From Bacteriovoracaceae bacterium (GTDB taxonomy: Bacteria; Bdellovibrionota; Bacteriovoracia; Bacteriovoracales; Bacteriovoracaceae), in assembly GCA_049599895.1 (NCBI GenBank), contig JBMYPC010000066.1, forward strand, positions 1-16,518: a stretch of 16,518 nucleotides of DNA, written 5' to 3'. The notes under the pieces are model-generated. The model was not told where the DNA came from. It made no database searches and saw only the letters and a list, made by a program, of their open reading frames with translations. The translations under genes were made by a program, and so were the position numbers. Positions 16,034-16,518 of the stretch are shown in pieces (within the stretch, counting starts at the first letter, position 1; the number at the start of each line of letters is the position of its first letter).

Positions 16034-16518
16034 TTAGGCTTGTGGCCGTGTTTCACTCGTCGTGTTTGATTTCTGCTCAGATACTTCTCTTCCTTCAACA
16101 TGAAAAAGAAGATCATGATAAATCTTTGAACATTCTTCAGTCATGTGATTGATGATTTGATCTGTTTTGTTTTGAAAGATTGCAAATGCGATAAGTGCTG
16201 GAATCGCAGCAACAAGTCCAAAAGCCGTTGAGTTTAGGGCCTCTGAAATACCTTGCCCTAGTAATGTTGCTCTTTCCATCGGTGAAGCAGCTGCAATACC
16301 AGCGAAAGAAGCGATAAGACCAGTAACGGTACCAAGTAGTCCTAGTAGAGTGGCGACGTTACCAAACATACTTAAGAATTGTGTTCTTTTATCAACTCTT
16401 GAGATTTCTTCTGTAAGAACTTCATCCATTCTGGCCTGCAGTTGTTCTTCACCACCAAAAGAGTTTCTGATCATTAGACCAGTTTCAGCAACGCGACCGA
16501 TTGCTGTATCATCAGCCT
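16034..16518 (-). CDS. aglR: MotA/TolQ/ExbB proton-channel protein (AglR-like), 5' end outside the window
   Basis: Frame is open from the window edge (ADDTAIGRVAETGLMIR...); ATLLGLLGTVTGLIASF and GISEALNSTAFGLVAAIP TM motifs. Confidence 0.92.
   Translation of the reverse strand, partial: ADDTAIGRVAETGLMIRNSFGGEEQLQARMDEVLTEEISRVDKRTQFLSMFGNVATLLGLLGTVTGLIASFAGIAAASPMERATLLGQGISEALNSTAFGLVAAIPALIAFAIFQNKTDQIINHMTEECSKIYHDLLFHVEGREVSEQKSNTTSETRPQA

Noticed and set aside
14946..16518. Tol-Pal or TonB-ExbBD iron-uptake energiser linked to the nearby iron ABC operon
   Set aside because: There is no tolA/tolB/pal or TonB-dependent receptor in the window; two ExbD paralogues followed by gltD/F/G/C-like genes fit Agl-Glt better.
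1..16518. CRISPR array, IS element, integrase, rRNA
   Set aside because: I saw no regularly spaced direct repeats, transposase or integrase ORFs, or rRNA-like sequence.

Overview
AT-rich bacterial window, most likely from a Bdellovibrionota predator such as the Bacteriovoracaceae (inferred from gene content, not verified). It has three blocks. (1) 1-709: a HigB/HigA toxin-antitoxin pair (higB cut by the window edge) converging on the 3' end of a tRNA-Leu(GAG). (2) 1051-4934, minus strand: an Fe3+ ABC-transporter operon (fbpA-fbpB-fbpC plus an uncharacterised lipoprotein). fbpA is broken by an apparent 4-nt deletion, and its promoter region carries two palindromes, one with Fur-box geometry. 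A frameshifted Ig-like gene relic lies at 4960-5144. (3) 5151-16518, minus strand: a tightly coupled operon for an Agl-Glt-like (adventurous-gliding-type) trans-envelope machine: aglR-aglQ-aglS (MotA/TolQ/ExbB + 2x ExbD), gltD-like TPR protein, gltF, gltG-like TonB-C protein, a 689-aa cadherin/Ig-repeat lipoprotein I cannot assign to any Glt family, a GltA/B-type OM barrel, gltC and a CglB-like MIDAS/VWA lipoprotein. The compact gltE-less architecture with two surface lipoproteins is the most interesting element. All family calls come from motif recognition by eye; no database search was run.
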